Source of the DNA: an uncultured Verrucomicrobiae bacterium
GTDB lineage: Bacteria > Verrucomicrobiota > Verrucomicrobiia > Limisphaerales > Palsa-1400
Assembly (NCBI GenBank): GCA_963702845.1
Contig: OY969763.1
Coordinates: 192,001-256,000, forward strand
Length of the DNA stretch: 64,000 bases
Direction: 5' to 3'
The position numbers and the translations under genes were made by a program. Numbering within the stretch: position 1 is the first letter of the stretch; every line of letters begins with the position of its first letter. Below are positions 42,277 through 51,794 of the stretch, one piece after another. The notes beneath the pieces are model-generated. The model worked only from the letters and a program-made list of their open reading frames with translations. It was not told the DNA's origin and ran no database searches.

Positions 42277-43875
42277 TCAGAGTTTGACCACGCGGACGTT
42301 GCTTATATCGGGGTCTTTTTGGATTTCGTCAAGGAGTGCGGTAGGCGGAACGCTATCCAAATTTAAAACGGTCAGGGCTTTGCCACCCTCGGCGTCGCGG
42401 CTCAGGCTCATGTTAGCGATGTTGATGTTATATTTGCCCATCATCGTGCCGATGTAACCGACGATGCCCGGACGATCCTTGTTGTTCATGATGAACAGCA
42501 CGCCCTCCGGATGAATCTCAACGGGTAGGCTGAAAAGGCGAACGATGCGCGGATTGTTCGGTGAACCGAAGAATGTGCCGCCAGCGGAAACGACTTTCTG
42601 GTCGCCCGAATAGACGGTGACATGGAGCCACTCATTGAAGGTGACTGGTTCGTCCGATTTCTTTTCTTCAACGGTAATACCGGCAGCGGCAGCCGCAGCG
42701 CGGACGTTGACGTTATTAACATCCTTCAACGCGCCGGCTTGCAAAAAGCCCATCATGATAGCGCGCGTAATCGGATCGATATTCGGCAACTCACGCGCTT
42801 TGCCACCATAAGTAATATAAACGCGATCAGCATTCGACGGCGCAAGTTGGCGCAGCAGCTTGCCCATGTTCTCGCCCAAAACCAGGTAAGGCTTAACTTG
42901 CTCGTAGGTCTTGGCATCGAGGAAGGGCAGGTTGACGGCGTTGCGGACTTCGCCGGTGAGCAGATAGGCGGCGATAATTTCAGCGACTTCAATGCCGCAT
43001 TTTTCCTGCGCTTCGTTCGTGCTGGCGCCAAGGTGCGGGGTCAGCAAAACATTCGGCAACTTACGCAACGGGTGGTCGGCGGCTAAAGGTTCTTCGGAGA
43101 ACACGTCGAGTGCCGCGCCCCCGATCTTGCCGGATTGGAGCGCTGCGATGAGATCCTTTTCCTCAACGATTTCGCCGCGCGCACAATTAACGATGCGCAC
43201 GCCGGGCTTCATTTTGGTAAACGCTTCCGCGTTGAGCATCCCGCGCGTTTGATCGGTCACCGGCATGTGTACTGTGATGAAATCGGCGGCGCGATAAATC
43301 GCATCCGGATCGGGCGCCAGTTCGACGCCGAGTTGGCGCGCGCGCGCTTCCGTCAGGTAAGGATCGTAGGCAATCACGCGCATGCCGAAAGCAAGAGCGC
43401 GTTTGGCGACTTCACCGCCGATGCGGCCCATGCCGAGAACCCCGAGCGTTTTGCCGGCGACTTCGGTGCCCTGGAACAATTTGCGGTCCCATTTGCCGGC
43501 GGTCATGGAAGCGTGAGCGGGCGCGATATGTCGCGCCAGTGCGCCGAGCATGAAAAACGAAAGTTCAGCCGTGGTGGTGGTGTTCCCGCCAGGCGTGTTC
43601 ATGACGACCACGCCGCGTTGCGTTGCCGCTTCGACGTCGACGTTATCAATGCCGACACCGGCGCGTCCGACGACTTTGAGGTTCGGCGCGGCGTCGATGA
43701 TTTTTTTGGTCACCTTCGTTTCGGACCGGACGACCATAGCGTGGACATCTTTGACGATGTTGAGCAGTTCCGCTTCGGGCGTCTTGGCCTTAAGAACGGT
43801 GACTTTGAACTCGGGCCGCTGTTGCAGCAGAGCAATGCCCTTTGGTGAAATTGGATCGCAAACAAGGACGTTCAT
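42277..43875 (-). CDS. serA: D-3-phosphoglycerate dehydrogenase (long form with ACT domain)
   Basis: VGRAGVGIDNVD, GMGRIG, NCARG, TPHLGAST.EAQ and DRPGIVG..NINIANM. Confidence 0.95.
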   Translation of the reverse strand: MNVLVCDPISPKGIALLQQRPEFKVTVLKAKTPEAELLNIVKDVHAMVVRSETKVTKKIIDAAPNLKVVGRAGVGIDNVDVEAATQRGVVVMNTPGGNTTTTAELSFFMLGALARHIAPAHASMTAGKWDRKLFQGTEVAGKTLGVLGMGRIGGEVAKRALAFGMRVIAYDPYLTEARARQLGVELAPDPDAIYRAADFITVHMPVTDQTRGMLNAEAFTKMKPGVRIVNCARGEIVEEKDLIAALQSGKIGGAALDVFSEEPLAADHPLRKLPNVLLTPHLGASTNEAQEKCGIEVAEIIAAYLLTGEVRNAVNLPFLDAKTYEQVKPYLVLGENMGKLLRQLAPSNADRVYITYGGKARELPNIDPITRAIMMGFLQAGALKDVNNVNVRAAAAAAGITVEEKKSDEPVTFNEWLHVTVYSGDQKVVSAGGTFFGSPNNPRIVRLFSLPVEIHPEGVLFIMNNKDRPGIVGYIGTMMGKYNINIANMSLSRDAEGGKALTVLNLDSVPPTALLDEIQKDPDISNVRVVKL

Positions 43876-44030
43876 AGAAAATCGAGCGGGCAGTCTATGG
43901 CAATGGGTGGAGACGGCAAGCACGAAGGGAGAGCGAGGAACGTGAGGGTGTTGGTCGGTGAATTTGTGAGTCGGATTGAACAGGATGAAGCGGAGGCGCG
44001 AGGTTGGTGAATATGAGGAAAACTGTTTTG

Positions 44031-44483
44031 GTTCCGTTTACTCCTATTTAGTCCCGGTTGCTCCCGGTTTCGTCGAAGAAGATTAACCAAGGATGGACCG
44101 GAGCGCCCGGCTCGCAATAGATGAACACCGATTGGGAAAAAAATAATTTTCAATTTTACCGTGAAAAAGCGTGAAAAGGCGTGAAAAAGCGTCATGAGGC
44201 GTGTTTTTGTAACGGATTTCGCGCGAAGAACGTGAAAGACGCGGAGATCCGGAAATTTTTTTGTTAAAGGTGTGTTTTGCTATATTTAGGTGTATCTCGG
44301 TGCAGTTGGACGTGTCAAATTTGCGGTCCATTTCAGATGGTGAGGCGGTTGTAACTGGCTCGCTAATAATCATTTCGGTGTTCGTAAAGTGGTTATGTGA
44401 ATAAAATTTTTATGGGCAAATTTGATGACAAGTCATGACAAACGAGGACTTGTTATGACTTTCTGTGACCGGGTGATGACAAA
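44031..44483. repeat. Four clusters of 10-bp-period degenerate direct repeats in a non-coding region
   Basis: Clusters at 44031-44070, 44160-44192 (cgtgaaaa[a/g]g x3), 44269-44308 and 44423-44483 (tgatgacaag/tcatgacaaa...). Confidence 0.6.
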
Positions 44484-44773
44484 ACGAGATAGTTCGAAGC
44501 GAAAGGTGATCGCAAACGGCAGCCAAGAGCGTGGGAGAGCCGCGCTTTGTGCAGTAAGGTTTTCGGCTAACGGCTGATTGTTTTCTTTATGTTGTATTGT
44601 TCGCATTTGCTCAGGGTGTAAAAACTTCAAAATTCAAACTCCGAGCTCCAGGGAAACTTCAAAATCCAAACTTCACAGGATTCAGGACGGGTCCTTGATG
44701 AATCTCTAACTTGAAACTTCTGGACGAGATGATTGGTTGTTACGTTTTCTGCATCAGTGGCATTTAAGTATAG

Positions 44774-46219
44774 ATGCAGGAACTCGACGACATCAGCCTG
44801 TTGCGGCAATACACGGAACGAAATTCCGAGGATGCCTTCGCCGTGATCGTCGCCCGGCATGTCAACAAAGTCTATTCGGTGGCTTTGCGTTACAGTCGCA
44901 ATTCGCATCAAGCCGAGGAAATCACACAAGCCGTTTTCGTCGTTCTCGCGAAGAAGGCTCATACGTTGAACTCGCGAGTTATCCTATCCGGCTGGCTGTA
45001 TGAAACCGCGCGATTAACGGCAATGACTTTCATCCGTAGCGAGATCCGTCGCGCCCGTCGCGAACAGGAAGCTCACATGCAAAACGTTTTGAATGAAAAC
45101 GAATCCGACGTGTGGCCTCAAATCGCGCCACTGCTCGACTCCGCGGTCGCCGGACTGAGCTCCACGGATAAACACGCGATCGTGCTCCGGTATTTCGATG
45201 GCAAAAGCACGAACGAAGTCGGCGTTGCCCTGGGTGTGAGTGAAGATGCGGCGAAGATGCGTTTAAGTCGTGCGGTGGAGAAGCTGCGCCGTTTCTTCAC
45301 CAAACGCGGCATTCTCGTTCCCTCTGCGGTTTTAACATCTGCAATCGCGGCTAATTCAGTTCAAGCGGCGCCCGCAACGCTGGCACAATCGGCGACCGCC
45401 GTTGCATTCGCCAAGGCTGCGACGTCTTCAACTTCAACCCTCACCCTCGTCAAAGGAGCATTAAAAATCATGGCATGGACAAAAGCAAAATCAGCAATCG
45501 TCGTCGTTGCGAGCGTGCTGCTCGCGGCGGGAACGGCCACTGTAGTAGTTAAAGAAATCACTGCACCCCGCGGTGAAGGCTGGCAGAAGAAATACGATCT
45601 GTCCGGTCTGGGAAAAGTGCGGCCCCAGGCCACGATTCTTCCTGCGATTCCTTCCCGACCCGGAGGGAGCTGGGGGAACGGATCATACGGTCTGCTTGGT
45701 CTTGGTGTAAGAGCAATGGACGTTCTCCAATGCGCTTACGGAGGCACATTGGGACGAATGATTTTTTCCGCTCCGATTCCCGACGGGAGCTACGATTTCA
45801 TTTCCAACATCCAAAATCCACGCAAAGCTTTGCAGCAGGAAATCAGAAATAAATTCGGCCTGAGTGGCCGCCGCCAACTCATCGAAACAAATGTGTTGGT
45901 GTTGACCGTCCGAACCCGCAACGCCGCCGGATTAAAACCCAGTTCCGTTTCAGGAAAGGGCGGTTATGCCAATCGAGATAGAAGCACTGGTTCGTACCAA
46001 TGCACGCGTCAACCGATCTTAAACTTAGTCGAATTTCTCGAAGATTACCTTGGAACTCCCGTGGTCGATCGAACGGGATTAACAGGCGCCTTTGACCTCC
46101 ATCTTGTGGGTGATTCGACACCGGAGGGGTTAAAACATTCCGTGTTCAACGAACTTGGCCTGGAACTCGTCCCGACCCACGATTCCATCGAATACCTCAT
46201 CATCGAAAAAGCGAACTGA
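44774..46219 (+). CDS. ECF sigma factor fused through a TM segment to a TIGR03435/DUF3738-type extracytoplasmic domain
   Basis: AEEITQAVF..LSGWLY (region 2), AIVLRYF..DAAKMRLSRAVEKLR (region 4), a TM helix, and PVVDRTGLTGAFD..ELGLELVP..YLIIEK. Confidence 0.88.
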   Translation: MQELDDISLLRQYTERNSEDAFAVIVARHVNKVYSVALRYSRNSHQAEEITQAVFVVLAKKAHTLNSRVILSGWLYETARLTAMTFIRSEIRRARREQEAHMQNVLNENESDVWPQIAPLLDSAVAGLSSTDKHAIVLRYFDGKSTNEVGVALGVSEDAAKMRLSRAVEKLRRFFTKRGILVPSAVLTSAIAANSVQAAPATLAQSATAVAFAKAATSSTSTLTLVKGALKIMAWTKAKSAIVVVASVLLAAGTATVVVKEITAPRGEGWQKKYDLSGLGKVRPQATILPAIPSRPGGSWGNGSYGLLGLGVRAMDVLQCAYGGTLGRMIFSAPIPDGSYDFISNIQNPRKALQQEIRNKFGLSGRRQLIETNVLVLTVRTRNAAGLKPSSVSGKGGYANRDRSTGSYQCTRQPILNLVEFLEDYLGTPVVDRTGLTGAFDLHLVGDSTPEGLKHSVFNELGLELVPTHDSIEYLIIEKAN

Positions 46220-46290
46220 CCACAACCGCTGTTGGATTGCTTTCATTGACAGCGGAATTACCCTCGGATCGCTGAAGCGGGAAACATTTC

Positions 46291-47076
46291 ATGCGGAGAG
46301 CGTTCATCATGATCCGTAATCACAAAAGAGGCAAAAGTCCGCAGACGGGCGGCATAGCGTTCACGTTGATCGAGCTTTTGGTCGTTATCGCAATCATTGC
46401 TATTCTTGCTGCTCTGCTTTTACCGGTTCTATCCAGCGCAAAAGCAAAGGCGAAGCGAACGGCCTGCTTGAACAACCTGACGCAAATCAATCGCGGACTG
46501 CGTATGTATTGCGATGACCACAACGACAAGTCGCCCGCACTTGGCGCGATCACGTTTATCAATTACAGGGAGGTTGTGAAAAGTTACGTCGGTTTGAATG
46601 GGCCGTCGTCGTCGCAGGACAGAGTTTTTGCCTGTCCGGCAGACACATTTTACTATGACGAAACTTCCGTTACCTATGTGCCGAAGGGCCATCACGAACA
46701 AATGGCTTATGATTTTTCGAGCTATTCGTTTAATGGGCTGAATTTGCTGACAAATTTCGCCGCGAGCCGCTTCGGTGTGACATTGCCAGGGATTGGCGGG
46801 CGTTCATTTAGTTCGATCAAAGATCCGACAAAAACGGTCTTGATTGCGGAATCTGCGGCGCTGCTTCCCTATTCGTGGCATGAGCCGAGAACACCTTCCA
46901 CCGGTCAACCGCCCGTTTTCAATGATTCCAAAGACGCGGTCAGTTTTGTGGACGGTCATGTTAACTATATCAAAATGTATTGGAACAGCACGCTTCGCTA
47001 TCCAGATGGATCTGGATCCCTTGCTGCTTATTACGACCCACCTGCCGGATATGAATACAAATGGAGCGGCGATTAG
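46291..47076 (+). CDS. Prepilin-type N-terminal cleavage/methylation protein
   Basis: [30 protein letters not shown] and SFVDGHV. Confidence 0.9.
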   Translation: MRRAFIMIRNHKRGKSPQTGGIAFTLIELLVVIAIIAILAALLLPVLSSAKAKAKRTACLNNLTQINRGLRMYCDDHNDKSPALGAITFINYREVVKSYVGLNGPSSSQDRVFACPADTFYYDETSVTYVPKGHHEQMAYDFSSYSFNGLNLLTNFAASRFGVTLPGIGGRSFSSIKDPTKTVLIAESAALLPYSWHEPRTPSTGQPPVFNDSKDAVSFVDGHVNYIKMYWNSTLRYPDGSGSLAAYYDPPAGYEYKWSGD

Positions 47077-47238
47077 CTCAAACGACTGCCAGGCAAAAAC
47101 TTCAAAAGAAATTTCAGCGGATTAAGACGGGTCGAGTCGGGTTTCTGTGCGCTCGTGACCCGCAACGAGAGCGCGAAAGACGACGCGTTTGGAAAGAGCG
47201 GCACGGGGTCGATCCTTACTGTTGACAACTCGCACGTT

Positions 47239-47745
47239 TCAAACTGTTTCTAATCTGAAATTCTTTTCGGACTCCAAATTCAGCAGGAAGGCTTTGACGG
47301 TGAGCCCTCCGGCAAAGCCCGTAAGTTTGCCATTAGCGCCGATGACACGGTGGCACGGAGCTACGATTGAAATTGGATTTTTGCCGTTGGCGGCACCGAC
47401 TGCCCGGGCCAATGATGGGTCACCCAGTAGTTTCGCAAGCTGGCCGTAAGTGCGCGTTTCCCCGTATGGGATGGTGAGCAAGGCCTGCCATACTTGCTTA
47501 TTGAAATCAGTGCCGGTGAAATCCAAAGGCAAAGCGAATTTCTTGCGAGTTCCGGCAAAGTATTCCGTTAGTTGCTTTTCGGCTTCGCAAAGTACGGGAT
47601 GATCGTTTCCCACAACAGCGGAGTTTAGGTGGGGAACGCGCCGGCTCTTGTCATTTTCCCACAAAATGCCAGCAAGGCCACGAGTGCTTGCAACGAGCTT
47701 CAATTTCCCAACTGGTGAGGGCATCGTCTTGTAAACGTAGTTCAT
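47239..47745 (-). CDS. ogt: Methylated-DNA--protein-cysteine methyltransferase
   Basis: IPYGETRTY, ARAVGAANGKNP and PCHRV active site. RBS-like AGAGGA before the ATG at 47745. Confidence 0.95.
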   Translation of the reverse strand: MNYVYKTMPSPVGKLKLVASTRGLAGILWENDKSRRVPHLNSAVVGNDHPVLCEAEKQLTEYFAGTRKKFALPLDFTGTDFNKQVWQALLTIPYGETRTYGQLAKLLGDPSLARAVGAANGKNPISIVAPCHRVIGANGKLTGFAGGLTVKAFLLNLESEKNFRLETV

Positions 47746-47801
47746 ATTCATTCCTCTCGGTTCTTTATCCATGCACATCATGCATCAGGCTTGAATATAA
47801 C

Positions 47802-47857
47802 GCTGGCCGTTTTCGGACATGATATTGAATAAAATTGAATGTCCGAAAATGGCGAGC
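47802..47857. promoter_or_regulatory. Two inverted 19-bp boxes in the divergent ogt / ada-alkA promoter (candidate Ada-type operator)
   Basis: atgtccgaaaatggcgagc on + at 47839 and atgtccgaaaacggccagc on - at 47820-47802; 17/19 identical. Confidence 0.6.
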
Positions 47858-47873
47858 AGAGGTTCGTCGGATA

Positions 47874-49358
47874 ATGAATATTGAGAACGTGAACGATCAA
47901 TCAGAACCGAAAAAGATAGAGCATAATGCGGCATACAAGGCACTCACGTCCCGCGACCCGCGGTTTGACGGCGTCTTTTTTGTCGGCGTCACCTCGACTG
48001 GTATTTATTGCCGTCCGATCTGCCCGGTCAAAACGCCGATGCAGAAGAATTGCCGTTTCTTCGAAACAGCAGAGGCGGCTGAAAAGAATGGCTTCCGACC
48101 ATGTTTGCGTTGCCGCCCGGAATTAGCGCCTGGGGCTGCGCCGGTCGATGACGCCCGGCGTATCGCGCATTTGATTGCTCATCGCATCGCGGAAGGATTG
48201 GCTGACGATGGAGCGAGCCTTGAAGAGATCGCGGCGCAATTCGATTTGAGCTCGCGTCAGTTGCGGCGAATCGTGCAAAAGGAGATTGGGGTTTCGCCCG
48301 TTGAATTGCTTCAAACGCGTCGTCTGTTGCTGGCCAAGCAACTGCTGACCGAAACGAAGTTGCCGATTATCGAAATTGCGTTTGCCAGCGGTTTCTCGTC
48401 GTTGCGCCGCTTCAACGATTCCTTCAACAAACATTACCGGATGCCGCCATCACGCTTGCGTAAAGAAGCGGCGATGAGGCAAATCACCGCTGCGGTCACC
48501 GACACGTCGACCCTGCAACTCGCCTACCGGCCACCATACGACTGGCAGAGCATCCTTGAGTTCCTTCGCACGCGTCAGATCAAGGAGGTCGAGCACATTA
48601 CAGACGAGTTTTACGCGCGAACGGTGCGACTTGGCAAACATAGCGGTTGGATCAAGGTGACGCATTCCCCCGAAAAGCGCTCGTTATTCGTGGAGGTCGC
48701 CTCGTCGCTGACGCCGGTACTGCCAGCGTTGTTGGGGCGCTTGCGTAATCTGTTCGATCTTTCCGCGAGGCCGGACGTCATTGCCGGACATTTGAAAAAA
48801 GATGAGCGTCTCAAAGCAGGCATCATCAAACATCCCGGTTTGCGCGTGCCGGGAGCGTTTGACGGCTTTGAGATGGCGGTGCGAGCGATTCTTGGCCAGC
48901 AAATCACCGTCAAGGCGGCGACGACTGTCGCATGCCGATTCGTGGAAGCATTTGGTGCACGAATCGTTACACCGTTTACCGAACTTTCACGGCTATCACC
49001 TACTGCGGAGCGTGTTGCCAAAGCGACTGTAGATGACGTCGCGAAACTTGGGATTATCAGCGCTCGCGCCAGAAGCATTTTAGCGTTAGCCAAGGCGCAC
49101 GCTGCGGGAGAATTGCAGTTGGACGCCGGACTTAATCCGGAAAAAGCGATTCAGCAACTGGTGAGTTTGCCCGGCTTCGGCCAATGGACGGCGCATTACA
49201 TCGCCATGCGGGCTCTACGCTGGCCAGACGCATTCCCAAAAGAGGACGTTGCACTACGCAACAAACTTGGCGGTATCACGGCGAAGAAGGCTGAGGAAAT
49301 GTCGCAAGCATGGCGTCCCTGGCGCAGCTACGCGGTGTTGCATATTTGGAAAAGCTGA
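47874..49358 (+). CDS. alkA: Ada-AlkA fusion: Ada Zn-binding domain, AraC HTH and 3-methyladenine DNA glycosylase II
   Basis: TGIYCRPICP..GFRPCLRCRP, FASGFSSLRRFN, LAYRPPYDW, RAILGQQ and LPGFGQWTAHYIAMR..DAFP. Confidence 0.93.
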   Translation: MNIENVNDQSEPKKIEHNAAYKALTSRDPRFDGVFFVGVTSTGIYCRPICPVKTPMQKNCRFFETAEAAEKNGFRPCLRCRPELAPGAAPVDDARRIAHLIAHRIAEGLADDGASLEEIAAQFDLSSRQLRRIVQKEIGVSPVELLQTRRLLLAKQLLTETKLPIIEIAFASGFSSLRRFNDSFNKHYRMPPSRLRKEAAMRQITAAVTDTSTLQLAYRPPYDWQSILEFLRTRQIKEVEHITDEFYARTVRLGKHSGWIKVTHSPEKRSLFVEVASSLTPVLPALLGRLRNLFDLSARPDVIAGHLKKDERLKAGIIKHPGLRVPGAFDGFEMAVRAILGQQITVKAATTVACRFVEAFGARIVTPFTELSRLSPTAERVAKATVDDVAKLGIISARARSILALAKAHAAGELQLDAGLNPEKAIQQLVSLPGFGQWTAHYIAMRALRWPDAFPKEDVALRNKLGGITAKKAEEMSQAWRPWRSYAVLHIWKS

Positions 49359-49381
49359 ACGAATCGAAAAGTCGTCGAACG

Positions 49382-49599
49382 CTACTTCAACCGCCAGGTA
49401 ATCCGCCCTTTTGTCAGGTCATAAGGCGAATCTCCATTCGGACCCTGTCGCCCGCGGTCAACCGCACCCAGCGCTTACGCATTTTGCCGCAGATATGCGC
49501 CAAAACTTCATGCTTATTATTGTCTAACGTCACCCGAAACATCGTGCCCGGCAACACGACCTTGATCGTTCCTTCTACTTCCAAATGTTGTTCACTCAT
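49382..49599 (-). CDS. infA: Translation initiation factor IF-1; one-base frameshift near the 3' end
   Basis: EVEGTIKVVLPGTMFRV..LAHICGKMRK..GDRV. Restoring one base gives SPYDLTKGRITWRLK*. Confidence 0.93.
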
Positions 49600-49630
49600 A
49601 ATTAAAAAACCGCACCGCACCGCTCGACTG

Positions 49631-49666
49631 AAAAAGAAAAGAGCGGGACCGAGAACGATCCCGCTC
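49631..49666 (-). terminator. Intrinsic terminator between the RRM gene and infA
   Basis: Minus strand gagcgggatcg-ttct-cggtcccgctc followed by ttttcttttt. Confidence 0.75.
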
Positions 49667-49697
49667 GTGAAATGAGTCTAAAAAGGATTAGTCAGAA

Positions 49698-50006
49698 TTA
49701 ACGGCGCGAATAACCGCCACCGCCACCGCCACCGCCACGTGAACCGCCGCCGCCGCCTTCTTCACGGGGGCGAGCTTCGTTGACAGTCAAGGGACGTCCG
49801 CCGACCATTTTGCCGGAGAGCTCTTTGATCGCCGCTGCAGCGCCTTCAGCTGTGCCCATGGTGACGAAACCAAAGCCACGAGGGCGATTGGTCATGCGAT
49901 CCATGATCAGGGCCACTTCAGTGACCGGTCCGCAAGCTTCGAACATCTCGCGCAATTGATTTTCAGTGGTGTCGAAGGAAAAATTTCCAACGTATAATTT
50001 ACTCAT
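49698..50006 (-). CDS. RRM (RNP-1) RNA-binding protein with Gly-rich tail
   Basis: KLYVGNF (RNP-2), RGFGFVTM (RNP-1) and LTVNEARPREEGGGG. Confidence 0.95.
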   Translation of the reverse strand: MSKLYVGNFSFDTTENQLREMFEACGPVTEVALIMDRMTNRPRGFGFVTMGTAEGAAAAIKELSGKMVGGRPLTVNEARPREEGGGGGSRGGGGGGGGYSRR

Positions 50007-50187
50007 GATAATTTGATAGATACCACGCGTTCTTCCTGGACTGTACCCGACGATCGGGTTTTCAAATCCCCACTGAAGTTCATTCACCCCGCGATTACCA
50101 TGCCCCGAGAAATCAAACAGCGTATCTAATTCACCCACAAAGTGACACCACTTCTCAAAATAGCCAGCGCTATTTTCAAGCACCAGC

Positions 50188-50212
50188 GACTCGGCGGGAG
50201 CCTCGCACTACC
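50188..50212 (-). repeat. GTAG-type REP-like element
   Basis: Minus strand ggtagtgcgaggctcccgccgagtc, similar to ggtagggcgaggctcc at 38610. Confidence 0.55.
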
Positions 50213-50268
50213 ACTCACGGTTGCCGCCACGCGGCAAAGGCGAATGGTTAGATGCTTGTCCGGCAAGG

Positions 50269-50811
50269 TTATTTCGTTGTCATCGGTTGGAATTTGAACT
50301 TTTGACCACCGACAGCGGCTTCTGCCATCAGTCCCTTTCTGGCTAATGTGAAGATGGCGACTCCATTGTCATACTTCGCAACCTTGGATGCTCCTGCCGA
50401 AGCTGCCACGGCGCTGACTCCCGCACGCATCTCAAAATTGCCGCTCTTGAAGTCATTGAGCGCAGTCTGATTTTGGAAAATGATGAGTTCCGAATACGAT
50501 TGTCCGCCCGCCTGGGCGCCAATGGTGGCCTGAGTCATTGTCGCTCGTCCGGTGACTTTGCCTTGTTCGAAAACACAGCCTTTGCCACGAGCGCCGCCAA
50601 CGATGAATCCGCCTTTACCCACGTTTGGAAATACCGCGCAGCCAGCCGAACTGTCGATCAGACTTTGTATTCCCGGATCCGTGGACCTGAAGTTCGCGAG
50701 CGCTTGTTCACAATCAGCGGGCGTGTCTTCAGCAGCTTGAACGGTAAAAACGGAAAGTGCGGTTGCTGCAGCAAAAGCAACCACTGCCATATTATACATT
50801 TTTCTTTTCAT
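50269..50811 (-). CDS. Exported Ysc84/SYLF-domain (putative lipid-binding) protein
   Basis: AVFPNVGKGGFIVGGARGKG, IGAQAGGQ and GLMAEAAVGGQKF. RBS aggagg upstream. Confidence 0.88.
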   Translation of the reverse strand: MKRKMYNMAVVAFAAATALSVFTVQAAEDTPADCEQALANFRSTDPGIQSLIDSSAGCAVFPNVGKGGFIVGGARGKGCVFEQGKVTGRATMTQATIGAQAGGQSYSELIIFQNQTALNDFKSGNFEMRAGVSAVAASAGASKVAKYDNGVAIFTLARKGLMAEAAVGGQKFKFQPMTTK

Positions 50812-51097
50812 AGCTTTCTTTATCCTCCTGTTGTGTCCATTCCCGTTTTGTTTTATCCGTTCCCGACCTCGTTCGTTGCGCGACGGACTGAGCACAACGA
50901 ATTCCAAATGAGAGCAGTTTCCTTTGCGTAGGTCGCTCGGCAACCGCTCGATTCATTCAATCCCCTCAGCCCCAATTTCATCGGAATTTGTTGCCGCGCA
51001 ATTAGGCGAATAGCCGAAGTTGCCATCAACAAGCGGATGAACCGCAGAGGCACTCGTTCCAATGCATGAACGCGCAGCGTGAGTGTTCTCCGGCTCG

Positions 51098-51601
51098 TTA
51101 TTGCTCAGCAGTCAGACTCGCTGCCAATTGGGAAAGGGCGGTTTTCAATTGGGCTTTGGTGAAGGCGGATTTGATTTTGGCGATGGCTTCGTTGGCGAGG
51201 AGGTCGCAGCGTTCGTTGCCGGTGTGGCCAGCGTGGCCTTTGACCCATTGCCACTTCACTTTGTGCTGTGCTACGGCGAGGTCAAGGGCGCGCCAGAGGT
51301 CGGAGTTTTTGACGGGTTGTTTGGTTTTGGTCCGCCAGCCGTTTCGTTTCCAACCGGCCAGCCAACTGGTGACGCCGCTTTTCAAGTAGGTGGAGTCGGT
51401 GAAGAATTCGACGTCGCACGGTTCTTTGAGGGCGCTGAGGGCTTCGATGGCGGCCTGAAGCTCCATGCGGTTGTTGGTGGTGGCAGGTTCACCACCGCTG
51501 AGTTCGCGCATGTGCGGGCCGTATGTAAGGGTCGCCGCCCAGCCGCCGGGGCCCGGATTGCCGTGGCAACCGCCGTCGGTGTGGATGACGACTTTTTTCA
51601 T
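51098..51601 (-). CDS. rnhA: Ribonuclease HI
   Basis: [25 protein letters not shown] and [18 protein letters not shown]. Confidence 0.97.
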   Translation of the reverse strand: MKKVVIHTDGGCHGNPGPGGWAATLTYGPHMRELSGGEPATTNNRMELQAAIEALSALKEPCDVEFFTDSTYLKSGVTSWLAGWKRNGWRTKTKQPVKNSDLWRALDLAVAQHKVKWQWVKGHAGHTGNERCDLLANEAIAKIKSAFTKAQLKTALSQLAASLTAEQ

Positions 51602-51794
51602 GTGGGGAGTTTGCAGAAATTTTGGAACAAAGAAATTAGGAAAGAAGGTTTTGGACTAGAAAATTGCACGAGTCGAGGGGACGAATGCTACCGGATTAGA
51701 CAAGTGGTTTTAAAGTGACTGGTGAGGAATGTGGGAACTTCTGCGTTGGCCACACCTCATACAGATACTGCCTGATGAGAAAGGAAACCTTGGT

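Noticed and set aside
41271..42287. 338-aa + strand ORF opposite the PPIase gene (also 40180-41007, 52581-53246, 53566-54252, 60202-60891)
   Set aside because: Antisense shadows of well-supported genes, with no recognisable motifs.
44031..44483. CRISPR array or replication origin
   Set aside because: The units are 10 bp without unique spacers, there are no cas genes, and no TTATCCACA boxes or dnaA/dnaN context were seen.
9368..49599. Many frameshifted genes read as pseudogenes or programmed frameshifts
   Set aside because: Breaks hit normally essential genes (lysS, fabD, infA), the fragments are otherwise undecayed, and no common slippery motif is evident. Long-read indel error is the simplest explanation.
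51098..51601. RNase H as part of a retroelement
   Set aside because: Ordinary stand-alone RNase HI, with no reverse transcriptase in the window.
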